Source: Janthinobacterium sp. (lineage in GTDB: Bacteria; Pseudomonadota; Gammaproteobacteria; Burkholderiales; Burkholderiaceae_D). From it: a DNA stretch of 48,820 nt. Below the pieces are notes generated by a model, which did not search any database, was not told where the DNA came from, and saw only the letters and a program-made list of their open reading frames with translations. Location of the stretch: contig JBLHNV010000001.1 in assembly GCA_047623125.1 (NCBI GenBank), positions 1 to 48,820 on the forward strand. The letters run 5' to 3'. Made by a program: the position numbers and the translations under genes. The first letter of the stretch is position 1, and each line of letters opens with the position of its first letter. Below, piece after piece: positions 9,467-18,214 of this stretch.

Positions 9467-10516
9467 ATGTTCAAACTTGCGCTGGGCGCGCTGTTTTCAT
9501 TGTTGCTGGTTGGGGTTCCCGTTTCTGACGCATATGCGCAGCAAGCGGGCAGCAGCACATCGTCAAAAAACAGCGCTGAAAAAAAAGGCGTCGTGCGCAA
9601 GCGCGTTGCCGCGCCCGTAGCGCGCGCGCGAACGTCCAAACAAGTGGTGAAGGTGCGCGGCAAGCGCAAGGTGGTCGTCCGGCGCGTCAGGGTCGCTGCG
9701 CCGAGCGTGCAGACGATGGGCGATCTGGCCGGGCTGAATTTGACGCACGACCCGCTCGACCTGAAGTCCAGCGTCGCGCTGGTACTCGATCAATCCAATT
9801 CGGAAGTGCTGTTCGAAAAAAATGCCAACATCGCTTTGCCGATCGCATCGATCACCAAATTGATGACCGGACTGGTCGTGGTCGAAGCGCATCAGGACAT
9901 GAATGAAATTCTCAGCGTGACCGATGACGATGTTGACCGCGAAAAATTCAGCCGCTCGCGCCTGAAGGTCGGCACCGAACTGAGCCGCAATGACATGCTG
10001 CATATCGCGTTGATGAGCTCTGAAAATCGCGCCGCATCGGCGCTGGGGCGCAATTATCCGGGCGGCTTGCCTGGCTTTGTCGCGGCGATGAATGCCAAGG
10101 CCAAGGCGCTGGGCATGCACGACACCCACTATGTCGATTCGAATGGTTTGTCGAAGTTTAATGTGGCCAGTGCCCGCGACCTGGCAAAATTGGTGAATGC
10201 GACGCACCAGGAGCCCCTCTTGCGGCAGTATTCCACCGATGAAAAAACCATCATCGAAGCCAACGGCGTTCCGATGCGTTTCGGCACTACGAACCGTCTG
10301 GTGTTAAAGGATGGCTGGGACATTGGCTTGCAAAAAACCGGCTTCATCAATGAGGCCGGACGTTGCCTGGTGATGCAGGCCAAGATCGAAGGGCGCGCCG
10401 TGATCATGGTGTTCCTGGACTCGAAAGGCACGCAATCGCGTATCGCCGACGCCGGTCGCATACGCAAATGGCTGGAAGCGCTGAAACCGGCCGCGATGTC
10501 CTTGCCCGGCGGCTGA
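9467..10516 (+). CDS. pbpG: D-alanyl-D-alanine endopeptidase (PBP7, peptidase S11)
   Basis: SxxK (ASITK), SEN and KTG motifs; signal peptide and basic N-terminal linker. Confidence 0.88.
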   Translation: MFKLALGALFSLLLVGVPVSDAYAQQAGSSTSSKNSAEKKGVVRKRVAAPVARARTSKQVVKVRGKRKVVVRRVRVAAPSVQTMGDLAGLNLTHDPLDLKSSVALVLDQSNSEVLFEKNANIALPIASITKLMTGLVVVEAHQDMNEILSVTDDDVDREKFSRSRLKVGTELSRNDMLHIALMSSENRAASALGRNYPGGLPGFVAAMNAKAKALGMHDTHYVDSNGLSKFNVASARDLAKLVNATHQEPLLRQYSTDEKTIIEANGVPMRFGTTNRLVLKDGWDIGLQKTGFINEAGRCLVMQAKIEGRAVIMVFLDSKGTQSRIADAGRIRKWLEALKPAAMSLPGG

Positions 10517-10549
10517 TCCCGTCGCTGTCTGGTCTGCTGCTTGGTCTAT

Positions 10550-11329
10550 CTATGGCTGCGCGATGTAACCCAGCGTCACCGAAATCTGGTTGGCGGTACC
10601 GATCAGCTCTTCGAGCCACTCTTCCTGCAGCCTGTCGGCTGGCGCCGAGACCGACAAGCCTGCGATCAGCTTGCCGCTGTCATCCCTGATTCCTGCCGCC
10701 ATGCAGCGCACGCCGAGTTCCAGTTCTTCATTGTCGCGTGCATAGCCGCGTGCGCGCACCAGGCTCAGTTCGTGCTCCAGTTTGACCAGGTCGGTGATCG
10801 AATTCTTGTTATGTCCGGCCAGACCGGTGCGCGTTGCGTAAGCGCGCACCGCCTTCGGTTCGTCGACAGACAGGAACAGTTTGCCGGTCGATGTCAGGTG
10901 CAATGGGCCGCGCCCGCCGATCGCGCGCACCACCTGCATGCCCGAACGCTCGGAAAATGCGCGGTCGATGTAGACGATTTCGTCACCCTGGCGTACCGAC
11001 AAGTTGATCGTTTGCTGGGTCTTCTTGTGCAGCTTGCGCATGAAGTCGACGGCCGCTTCGCGCACGCTGAGACGGCTCTTGACCACGTTGCCTAATTCCA
11101 GCAAGCGCATCCCGAGCCGATAAGTACCCGGCTCGACGCGGTCGACAAAGCGCGTGATTACCATGTCGTTCAAGATCCGGTGCGCGGTCGATGGATGCAA
11201 GCCCGACAGCTTCGACAATTCCTTGAGACTGACCGGATCGGTGTACTTGGCCAGTGCATCGAGCAAGGCGACCATCCGTTCGATTACCTGGATCGTTGTT
11301 TTGGGTGCTACGTCGGTTTCAATTTTCAT
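10550..11329 (-). CDS. IclR family transcriptional regulator
   Basis: N-terminal HTH (LKELSKLSGLHPSTAHRIL), PLHLTSTGKLFL, RGYARDNEELELG; start at 11329 or 11332. Confidence 0.92.
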   Translation of the reverse strand: MKIETDVAPKTTIQVIERMVALLDALAKYTDPVSLKELSKLSGLHPSTAHRILNDMVITRFVDRVEPGTYRLGMRLLELGNVVKSRLSVREAAVDFMRKLHKKTQQTINLSVRQGDEIVYIDRAFSERSGMQVVRAIGGRGPLHLTSTGKLFLSVDEPKAVRAYATRTGLAGHNKNSITDLVKLEHELSLVRARGYARDNEELELGVRCMAAGIRDDSGKLIAGLSVSAPADRLQEEWLEELIGTANQISVTLGYIAQP

Positions 11330-11339
11330 CATGTGGTTG

Positions 11340-11353
11340 GTGCAGTGCAGTAT
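11340..11353 (+). promoter_or_regulatory. PhaR-like box in the iclR/dgkA divergent region
   Basis: GTGCAGTGCAGTAT. Confidence 0.35.
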
Positions 11354-11481
11354 ATCGACTCTCTTTATACCATAATGTGAAAAAATAAGGAATTCAACCA
11401 AGCTGTTTTATGATTTTCAGCAGCAATTTGCTGCCGCCGGGCATAATGATTCAAACAACCAACCAGGCAAAGAAAAGGCAT

Positions 11482-11868
11482 ATGGAGCAACCTGTCAGCG
11501 AATTCAAAAGTAAAAACGGACTGAAACGCATTTTCTCGGCTTTTTTTTACTCGATCGATGGCTTCAAGGCCGCATGGCGGCATGAGCATGCGTTTCGCCA
11601 GGAGTTGATCGTTTTCGTGATTGGGACCATCGTTGCATCCATGCTGCCCGTTTCCGCATTCCAGAAACTGGTGCTCATTGGCGTGCTGTTGCAGGTACTG
11701 ATTGTCGAGTTGCTCAATTCGGCGATCGAAGCAGTCGTCGATCGTATCTCGCTGGAGCGCGATCCCTTGTCCAAGAATGCCAAGGATTTCGGCAGCGCTG
11801 CGGTGTTCCTGTCGTTTGGCCTGGCGACGGCCACATGGGCGGTGGTGCTGTTCAATCGTTACTATTAA
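11482..11868 (+). CDS. dgkA: Diacylglycerol kinase
   Basis: EHAFRQE, ELLNSAIEAVVD, AKDFGSAAV motifs; AAAGG RBS. Confidence 0.93.
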   Translation: MEQPVSEFKSKNGLKRIFSAFFYSIDGFKAAWRHEHAFRQELIVFVIGTIVASMLPVSAFQKLVLIGVLLQVLIVELLNSAIEAVVDRISLERDPLSKNAKDFGSAAVFLSFGLATATWAVVLFNRYY

Positions 11869-12007
11869 TTCCAGCATGCAATAAACGTCGATCGAACGCC
11901 GAATGCCGAATGCCTTAACCGGCTTGGCGCGCGATGCGGTGCTGGCGTGGTGCTGCTGCTTTTTCTTGTTTCGCGTTTGGTGCGAAGAGCACGCTATCCG
12001 TATCCTG

Positions 12008-12116
12008 TTCGCCGTGCCCGGCATTGTGCTGGCGTTTGAACGCACTCGCCGGGCACCGAAAAAAAGACATCGCCGCAGAGTCAGTCTGAACCCACTTGCC
12101 GGGCAGCGGTTTTTTT
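12008..12116. ncRNA. Candidate structured RNA in the dgkA-tas spacer
   Basis: GTGCCCGGC/GCCGGGCAC stem with nested and extended pairing, an alternative partner TGCCGGGCA, and a terminal T7. Confidence 0.25.
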
Positions 12117-12386
12117 GTCGCAGTCAATCAAGCGAACTCATGTGCTGACGCAAGCAGTGCGCGCAGCCTCCGGAAAATACTGTTGCACGATGCACTGTGA
12201 ACGGTAAAGGATGGGGGCTGGCATGCACGATGACATCTTTTGGGTCATGCAGCTACCGCCATTTCATCCGGGCCGACAGCGCCATCCGGCTGCGCTCGCT
12301 TGTTGCGTTTGCTGCAAGATGGTCGCCATGTTTGATCACGCGAGGGCGGCGGTGTACTCGTCATCCCTGCGTGGTGGCGATGGGAT

Positions 12387-13433
12387 TCACTGGCCCGGAT
12401 TGCTCAGCCCTGCATGGATGGCATCGATGGCGGTCACGACCTGGTCGGGCAGCGTGATGGCGGCGGCATCGATATTGTCCTTCAACTGGGCCAGGCTGGT
12501 CGCGCCGATGATGGTGGAGGCGACGAACCAGCGCGAATAACACCAGGCCAGTGCCATCTGGGTCGGCGTCATGTCGTTTGCGCGCGCCAGTTCGGCGTAT
12601 TGTTTGGTTGCGGCCAGCATAGCGGGGCGCAGATAGCGCGGACTCCAGGTCGGCGGGAAAATGGTCAGCCGGCCATGGGCTTGCGGGTTGTCGAGATACT
12701 TGGCCGTGAGCTGGCCGAACGCCAGCGGGCTGTAGGCCAGCAAGCCGACGTTATCGCGAAAGCAGGTTTCATTTTGCAAGCTGGTTTCGAAATGGCGCGC
12801 TGTCAGGTTGTACAAGTTTTGTATCGATGCGATGCGCGGCAAGCCTTTCAGCTCGGACTGCTTGATGTATTCCGACACGCCCCATGACGATTCATTCGAG
12901 ATGCCGATGTGGCCGATCTTGCCTGCATCGATCAGCCGGCCCAGTTCACCGAGCGTATCTTCGATCGCGATCGATGGCCGCTCCAGCTGCGGGTCGAATA
13001 CGTTGGCGCCGAAGATCGGCAGGTTGCGGCTGGGCCAGTGCATCTGATACAGGTCGATGTGGTCGGTTTGCAAGCGCTGCAAGCTCGCTTCGACGGCGGC
13101 GCGGATATTGGCCGGGTCGAGGTTGTTGGCGCCGTCCCGTACCCAGCGCATGTGTGACGCCGGGCCGGCTACCTTGCTGGCCAGCACGATGGCGTCGCGC
13201 TGGCCGCTTTTCTTGAGCCAGCTGCCGATGAAGCGCTCGGTCAATCCTTGCGTTTCGGCGCGCGGCATGACCGGGTACATTTCAGCCGTGTCGATGAAGT
13301 TGATGCCCCGTTCCAAGGCATAATCGAGCTGGCTGTGGGCCTCTGCTTCGGTATTTTGCTCGCCGAACGTCATGGTGCCCAGGCAAATCTTGCTGACATT
13401 CAAACTGCTGCTGCCGAGTATTTTTTTATTCAT
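12387..13433 (-). CDS. tas: NADP(H)-dependent aldo-keto reductase, Tas-like
   Basis: CLGTMTFGEQ, DTAEMYP, DLYQMHWP, IGISNE, YSPLAFG motifs. Confidence 0.88.
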   Translation of the reverse strand: MNKKILGSSSLNVSKICLGTMTFGEQNTEAEAHSQLDYALERGINFIDTAEMYPVMPRAETQGLTERFIGSWLKKSGQRDAIVLASKVAGPASHMRWVRDGANNLDPANIRAAVEASLQRLQTDHIDLYQMHWPSRNLPIFGANVFDPQLERPSIAIEDTLGELGRLIDAGKIGHIGISNESSWGVSEYIKQSELKGLPRIASIQNLYNLTARHFETSLQNETCFRDNVGLLAYSPLAFGQLTAKYLDNPQAHGRLTIFPPTWSPRYLRPAMLAATKQYAELARANDMTPTQMALAWCYSRWFVASTIIGATSLAQLKDNIDAAAITLPDQVVTAIDAIHAGLSNPGQ

Positions 13434-13443
13434 CGCAATTCCT

Positions 13444-14496
13444 TTAATGTTTTATCAGATTTTTGGCCAGTGTGGTCGCGCAATCGCCGACCAGCGCCGG
13501 TCCGGCGTAAATCAGGCCACTGTACAGCTGTACCAACTCTGCGCCAGCGTCGATCTTAGCTTGGGCGTCCTGGCCGCACAAGATGCCGCCGACGCCGATG
13601 ATCGGCAGCGCGTTACCGAGTTCGGCCTTCAGCAAGCGGATCACCGTGTTCGACAATTCGAATACCGGCGCACCCGACAAGCCGCCCGCTTCGTCGCCGT
13701 GCGCCATGCCTGCGACAGCCGTGCGGCTCAAGGTCGTGTTGGTGGCGATGACGCCATCGATCTTGTTGCGCAGCAGCGCAGCGGCGATGATCTTGATCTG
13801 TTCGCCATCGATATCCGGCGCGATTTTCAGTGCCAGCGGCACGTAGCGCTGGTGCTGGTCGGCCAGGCGCGCCTGAGCTTGTTTCAGTTGCGCCAGCAGC
13901 GCATCGATTTCGGATTCACCCTGCAACTGGCGCAAATTCTTGGTATTCGGCGACGAGATGTTGACCGTCACGTAGCTGGCATAGGGATAGACTTTTTCGA
14001 GGCACAGCAAATAGTCTTCGGCGGCGCGTTCGATCGGCGTGTCGGCATTTTTTCCGATGTTCAAGCCCAGCACGCCTGCACGGTTCTGATAAAACTTCGA
14101 TGCCTGGACGTTGGCGACGAAGGCATCGACGCCGCCATTGTTGAACCCCATCCGGTTGATGATGCCCTGCGCTTGCGGCAGCCGGAACATGCGCGGCTTC
14201 GGATTGCCGGGCTGCGCGCGTGGCGTTACGGTGCCCACTTCGATCGAGCCAAAACCGAGTTCGGCCAGCGCATCGATGTAAGCGCCATCCTTGTCCAGCC
14301 CGGCAGCCAGGCCGACCGGATTGGGAAAGGTGATGCCCATCACGTTGCGCGGATCGGGTGCGGGCTTGGTGACGATGCGTGTCAAGCCCAGCATTTGCGC
14401 GTATTTTAATGCGGGCAAGGTCAAGTTATGGGCGGTTTCAGGGTCCAGCGCGAATAGCAGCGGGCGGGTCAATGCATACAGGGATTTTTTTGACAT
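13444..14496 (-). CDS. pyrD: Quinone-dependent dihydroorotate dehydrogenase (class 2)
   Basis: [33 protein letters not shown] motifs. Confidence 0.96.
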   Translation of the reverse strand: MSKKSLYALTRPLLFALDPETAHNLTLPALKYAQMLGLTRIVTKPAPDPRNVMGITFPNPVGLAAGLDKDGAYIDALAELGFGSIEVGTVTPRAQPGNPKPRMFRLPQAQGIINRMGFNNGGVDAFVANVQASKFYQNRAGVLGLNIGKNADTPIERAAEDYLLCLEKVYPYASYVTVNISSPNTKNLRQLQGESEIDALLAQLKQAQARLADQHQRYVPLALKIAPDIDGEQIKIIAAALLRNKIDGVIATNTTLSRTAVAGMAHGDEAGGLSGAPVFELSNTVIRLLKAELGNALPIIGVGGILCGQDAQAKIDAGAELVQLYSGLIYAGPALVGDCATTLAKNLIKH

Positions 14497-14638
14497 GGAA
14501 GATGACGGAGCAGCAGAAGGCGTGGGTAGGAGCAAAAGGCAACTTGGCCTGCGATGAAGTTGTCGATATTTTACATCGGCCAGCACGATGGCGGGCAGAG
14601 CGGGCGCCGCAGACCGGGCGCCACTGCCCGGGAATGAC

Positions 14639-15370
14639 TCAGACTGGTTGCCACAGCGCCCATGCGTCGCCGGTGCGCGCTTCCAGCGGCTGAAATTTGA
14701 CCTTGTATGCCATTTTCTGGCTTTGCGCTATCCAGTAACCCAGGTACACATAGGGCAGTTCCAGTTCGCGCGCCTGGGCTATTTGCCACATCACGTTGTA
14801 GGTACCCAGCGATGCGCCGACCAGGTCGGGATCGAAGAAGGTATACACCGATGAAAACCCATCGGCCAGCACATCGATGATGCTCACCATGCGCAACACG
14901 CCGTCCGGTTCGCGAAATTCGACCAGACGCGTGTTGACCCGGCTTTGCAGCAGGAACTGCGTATACTGATCGCGACTATCCTGGTCCATGCCGCCGCCCT
15001 CATGGCGCGTGCTTTGATAGCGCAGATAGAGCGCGTAATGCTCGTCGACGAACGATAGGGCGGCAATGCGCACCTGCAGATGACCATGCCTGGTCCAGGC
15101 CCGGCGCTGGCCGCGGGTGGGTGCATACAGGCTTGTCAGCACGCGCATCGGGATGCAAGCATTGCAACCGTCGCAATTGGGGCGGTAAGTGAAAACGCCG
15201 CTGCGCCGGAAACCGTTCTTGACCAGTACCGAGTAGGCATCGGCATTGATCAGGTGCGACGGCGTCGCTACCTGCGAGCGCGCCTCGCGTTGCTCCAGAT
15301 AGCTGCAAGGATAAGGGGCCGTCGTATAAAATTGCAGCGTCGACAGCGGCAAGTCGTTGAGTTGTGTCAT
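14639..15370 (-). CDS. bpt: Bacterial protein transferase Bpt (ATE1-like Asp/Glu leucyltransferase)
   Basis: [37 protein letters not shown] motifs; adjacent to aat. Confidence 0.9.
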   Translation of the reverse strand: MTQLNDLPLSTLQFYTTAPYPCSYLEQREARSQVATPSHLINADAYSVLVKNGFRRSGVFTYRPNCDGCNACIPMRVLTSLYAPTRGQRRAWTRHGHLQVRIAALSFVDEHYALYLRYQSTRHEGGGMDQDSRDQYTQFLLQSRVNTRLVEFREPDGVLRMVSIIDVLADGFSSVYTFFDPDLVGASLGTYNVMWQIAQARELELPYVYLGYWIAQSQKMAYKVKFQPLEARTGDAWALWQPV

Positions 15371-15503
15371 GCGGTGCTCTCCGGTAGCGGTAGGTTGGCG
15401 CAGCAGATGTGATGCTGGCGCAGCGCGATGACCTTGTCCATATTCGCTTCGATGATAGCGCGTTCTCGTAGCCTGGTCGCGCCCGTATGCCCGTGTATTG
15501 GAC

Positions 15504-16226
15504 TCAGGCGCATGGTGCGAGCGGTTGCCACGATGTTATTTGCGTTTGCCCAATAGCCGATTGCAGTTGTGCCAGAAATTGCGCACGCGAGATTGGCGCT
15601 GCGCCCAGCGATGCCAGGTGCGCGGTTTGTTGCTGGCAATCGATCATCACCACGCCGTGTGCCTTCAGGAAATGCACCAGATAGGCGAGCGCGATCTTGG
15701 AGCCGTCTGTGACGCGCGTAAACATCGATTCGCCAAAAAACATCTTGCCAATGGACACGCCGTAGGCGCCGGCGACCAATTCGCCGTTGAGCCACAATTC
15801 AGATGAGTGGGCGTAGCCCAGACGATGCAGGCCGGTGTAGCCGGCAACGATATCATCTGAAATCCAGGTCCCGGGGCCATCCTTGCGCGGCGCGGCGCAC
15901 GCGCGCATCACCTGTTCGAATGCGCTGTCGAAGCGCACTTGCCAGGAGCCGTCGGTGGCGGCGCTGCGCGCTACCTTGCGCAGGGACTTTTTCAGGCTGT
16001 CGGAAACATGGAACTGGTCGAGTATCAGCACCATGCGCGGATCGGTGCTCCACCACAAGATGGGCTGACCTTGCGAAAACCACGGAAAAATGCCATGCCG
16101 GTAAGCATCGAGCAAACGCCGGGGCGACAGGTCGGCGCCGACCGCCAGCAAACCAGGCGCGTCGCCGCCGAACAAGGCACTGGCGACATCGGGAAACGGC
16201 GTAGTTGAATCGAGCCAGGGAATCAT
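15504..16226 (-). CDS. aat: Leucyl/phenylalanyl-tRNA--protein transferase
   Basis: [36 protein letters not shown] motifs. Confidence 0.95.
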   Translation of the reverse strand: MIPWLDSTTPFPDVASALFGGDAPGLLAVGADLSPRRLLDAYRHGIFPWFSQGQPILWWSTDPRMVLILDQFHVSDSLKKSLRKVARSAATDGSWQVRFDSAFEQVMRACAAPRKDGPGTWISDDIVAGYTGLHRLGYAHSSELWLNGELVAGAYGVSIGKMFFGESMFTRVTDGSKIALAYLVHFLKAHGVVMIDCQQQTAHLASLGAAPISRAQFLAQLQSAIGQTQITSWQPLAPCA

Positions 16227-16234
16227 CCCGGGTC

Positions 16235-16861
16235 TTATGCCGGATGCGTCATCGTTCGGTTGATGTCGTGCGTATGAAAACCGTAGGTAGGGCTGGCATC
16301 GGGGCTGGCCGCTGAAGCGGCACCGGAAGCGATGCCGGTGGCGCCTGCTTCCCTGATGTTGGCGCGATCGGCGAAAAACAGTTCCAGCGTCTTGCGTATC
16401 GTCGGAAAAGCCAGATCGTCCCACGGGATATCGCGTTCGGAAAACATCTGCACGTCCAGGCTTTCGATGCCGGCGGCGAAATCCAAATCCACCAGGCGCG
16501 CCAGATAAAACAGATGTACCTGATGCACATGCGCGACGTTAAGCAAGCTGAACAGATTGCCCATTTCGATGTTGGCGCCGGCTTCCTCGACGGTTTCGCG
16601 CAGTGCGGCGGCGGCCGTGGTTTCATTGTTTTCCATGAAGCCGGCCGGCAGCGTCCAGTAACCATAGCGCGGTTCGATCGCCCGCTTGCACAGCAGTATC
16701 TGCAACTGGCCATCCTGTTCCCATATGGGAATTGATCCGACCACGAGCTTCGGATTCTGGTAGTGGATGGTTTCACAGCTAGCGCAGACGTAGCGCGGCA
16801 GGTTGTCGCCTGTCGGGACTGTCAGTTCAACGGCATGGGCGCATTCGGAGCAGAATTTCAT
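16235..16861 (-). CDS. NUDIX hydrolase with N-terminal zinc ribbon
   Basis: CSEC...[36 protein letters not shown] Nudix box. Confidence 0.92.
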   Translation of the reverse strand: MKFCSECAHAVELTVPTGDNLPRYVCASCETIHYQNPKLVVGSIPIWEQDGQLQILLCKRAIEPRYGYWTLPAGFMENNETTAAAALRETVEEAGANIEMGNLFSLLNVAHVHQVHLFYLARLVDLDFAAGIESLDVQMFSERDIPWDDLAFPTIRKTLELFFADRANIREAGATGIASGAASAASPDASPTYGFHTHDINRTMTHPA

Positions 16862-16956
16862 GTGATTATGGCTAGAGTAGGACTTCCCTTACTTTACACC
16901 GATTGCCGATCCTGCGTTGCCACCTGCGCTGATTACGCGATAGAGAAAGATAGCTA

Positions 16957-16986
16957 TTGCGCCGTGGGACTGATCTCGCATATAAT
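16957..16986 (+). promoter_or_regulatory. sigma70 promoter of tRNA-Met
   Basis: TTGCGC-N18-TATAAT ending 5 nt before the tRNA 5' end. Confidence 0.55.
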
Positions 16987-16991
16987 TCTTA

Positions 16992-17068
16992 TGCGGGGTG
17001 GAGCAGTCTGGCAGCTCGTCGGGCTCATAACCCGAAGGTCACAGGTTCAAATCCTGTCCCCGCAACCA
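16992..17068 (+). tRNA. tRNA-Met(CAT), initiator (fMet) type
   Basis: 77 nt; anticodon arm TCGGG-CTCATAA-CCCGA with three consecutive G:C pairs; GGTTCAAATCC T-arm; encoded CCA. Confidence 0.97.
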
Positions 17069-17082
17069 GAATTAGGTACTTG

Positions 17083-17114
17083 AGGATTACACGCTTCGGC
17101 TTGTAATCCTTTTT
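17083..17114 (+). terminator. Intrinsic terminator after tRNA
   Basis: AGGATTACA/TGTAATCCT stem capped by C(TTCG)G, followed by a T run. Confidence 0.85.
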
Positions 17115-17275
17115 GCTTTGGGGCTTGCATTTTTCCGCCACCTACTATTGTTGAATGCGGTCAAGCATCACTGCCCGGTCCTTGTTGAAACGATTTTTTT
17201 TGAATTTTTCATCAGAACCTGGGCCAGGCATGCGCCAACGCTGCGGCCATTGCCATGGCTGCTGCCATGTTGTTA

Positions 17276-18214
17276 CTATCCTGTTCGGCCCTTGTTGAGC
17301 GCCAGCGCGGCTGCCGCCGAACGGGTTTCGACGCCCAGTTTGACGAAGATATGTTCCAGGTGTTTGTTGACAGTACGCGGGCTGATGCCGAGAATGTCGG
17401 CGATATCCCGGTTGGTTTTTCCCTTGGATAGCCAGACCAGCACATCGTGTTCGCGTGGCGTAAGCTGATAACTGGCCAGCGCCAACATGTCCGGCTGCGC
17501 ATCGATGTGTTCCTCGAAGCGTAGCAGCAAATCGCCGCTGCGTTCGCCTCTGCCGAACTCGACATGCAACGTCGCGCCCTGGCGCTGCACCAGCAATGGC
17601 AATACCGGCTGATCGGCGCTGGCGTTCAAATGCCGGCTCACCCATTGCTGCAACGGGCCGGGCAAGCCTGCGCCTGGCCGATCCCGGTCCTGATTCTGAT
17701 CTTGATCCGGAAAGTACGTCGCCATCCATTGCTCCGCCTTGCTCGTTTTCCAGATCGGCATGCCGTCAGGGTCGAGCACGATCACCGCGTGGGCCGCCGC
17801 TTCGCTCGCTGTCTTAGCCAGCGAAATGAGGTTAGCGCTGCGCAATTGCGCCTCGATCCGGGCGATGACCTCGCGCGGTTGCAGCGGCTTGATCACGTAA
17901 TCGTTGCCGCCCACTTCGAAACCTTTGACGACATGTTCGGTTTCGGTCAGGCCGGTCATGAAAATGATCGGCACATGGCGTGCGCCCGGCAAGGCCCTGA
18001 TGCGCCGGCAAGTTTCGAATCCATCGATGCCGGGCATGACGGCATCGAGCAAAATCAGGTGCGGCGTCACATAGTCCAGCCGTTCGAGTGCGCCGAGGCC
18101 GTCGGTGGCAACCAGGACCATGTATCCGGCTTCATCGAGGGCATCGGACAGCAATGACAGGTTATCCGGTACATCGTCGACGATCAGGATCACATGCTTA
18201 TTGGACAGCGGCAT
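17276..18214 (-). CDS. Response regulator, REC + linker + LuxR-type HTH
   Basis: ILIVDD, LILLDAVMPG, DYVIKP receiver; LTPREHDVL...KTNRDIADILGISPRTVNKH HTH; overlaps kinase 3' end. Confidence 0.93.
   Translation of the reverse strand: MPLSNKHVILIVDDVPDNLSLLSDALDEAGYMVLVATDGLGALERLDYVTPHLILLDAVMPGIDGFETCRRIRALPGARHVPIIFMTGLTETEHVVKGFEVGGNDYVIKPLQPREVIARIEAQLRSANLISLAKTASEAAAHAVIVLDPDGMPIWKTSKAEQWMATYFPDQDQNQDRDRPGAGLPGPLQQWVSRHLNASADQPVLPLLVQRQGATLHVEFGRGERSGDLLLRFEEHIDAQPDMLALASYQLTPREHDVLVWLSKGKTNRDIADILGISPRTVNKHLEHIFVKLGVETRSAAAALALNKGRTG

Noticed and set aside
11368-11382. IclR autoregulatory operator TACCATAATGTGAAA
   Set aside because: Plausible position, but the palindrome is too imperfect to support from sequence alone.
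11365-12148. ORFs 11365-12045 (-), 11903-12148 (+) and 11915-12127 (-) as proteins
   Set aside because: The first is antisense to dgkA; the others lack a convincing RBS or motif. The region is kept only as an RNA-structure candidate.
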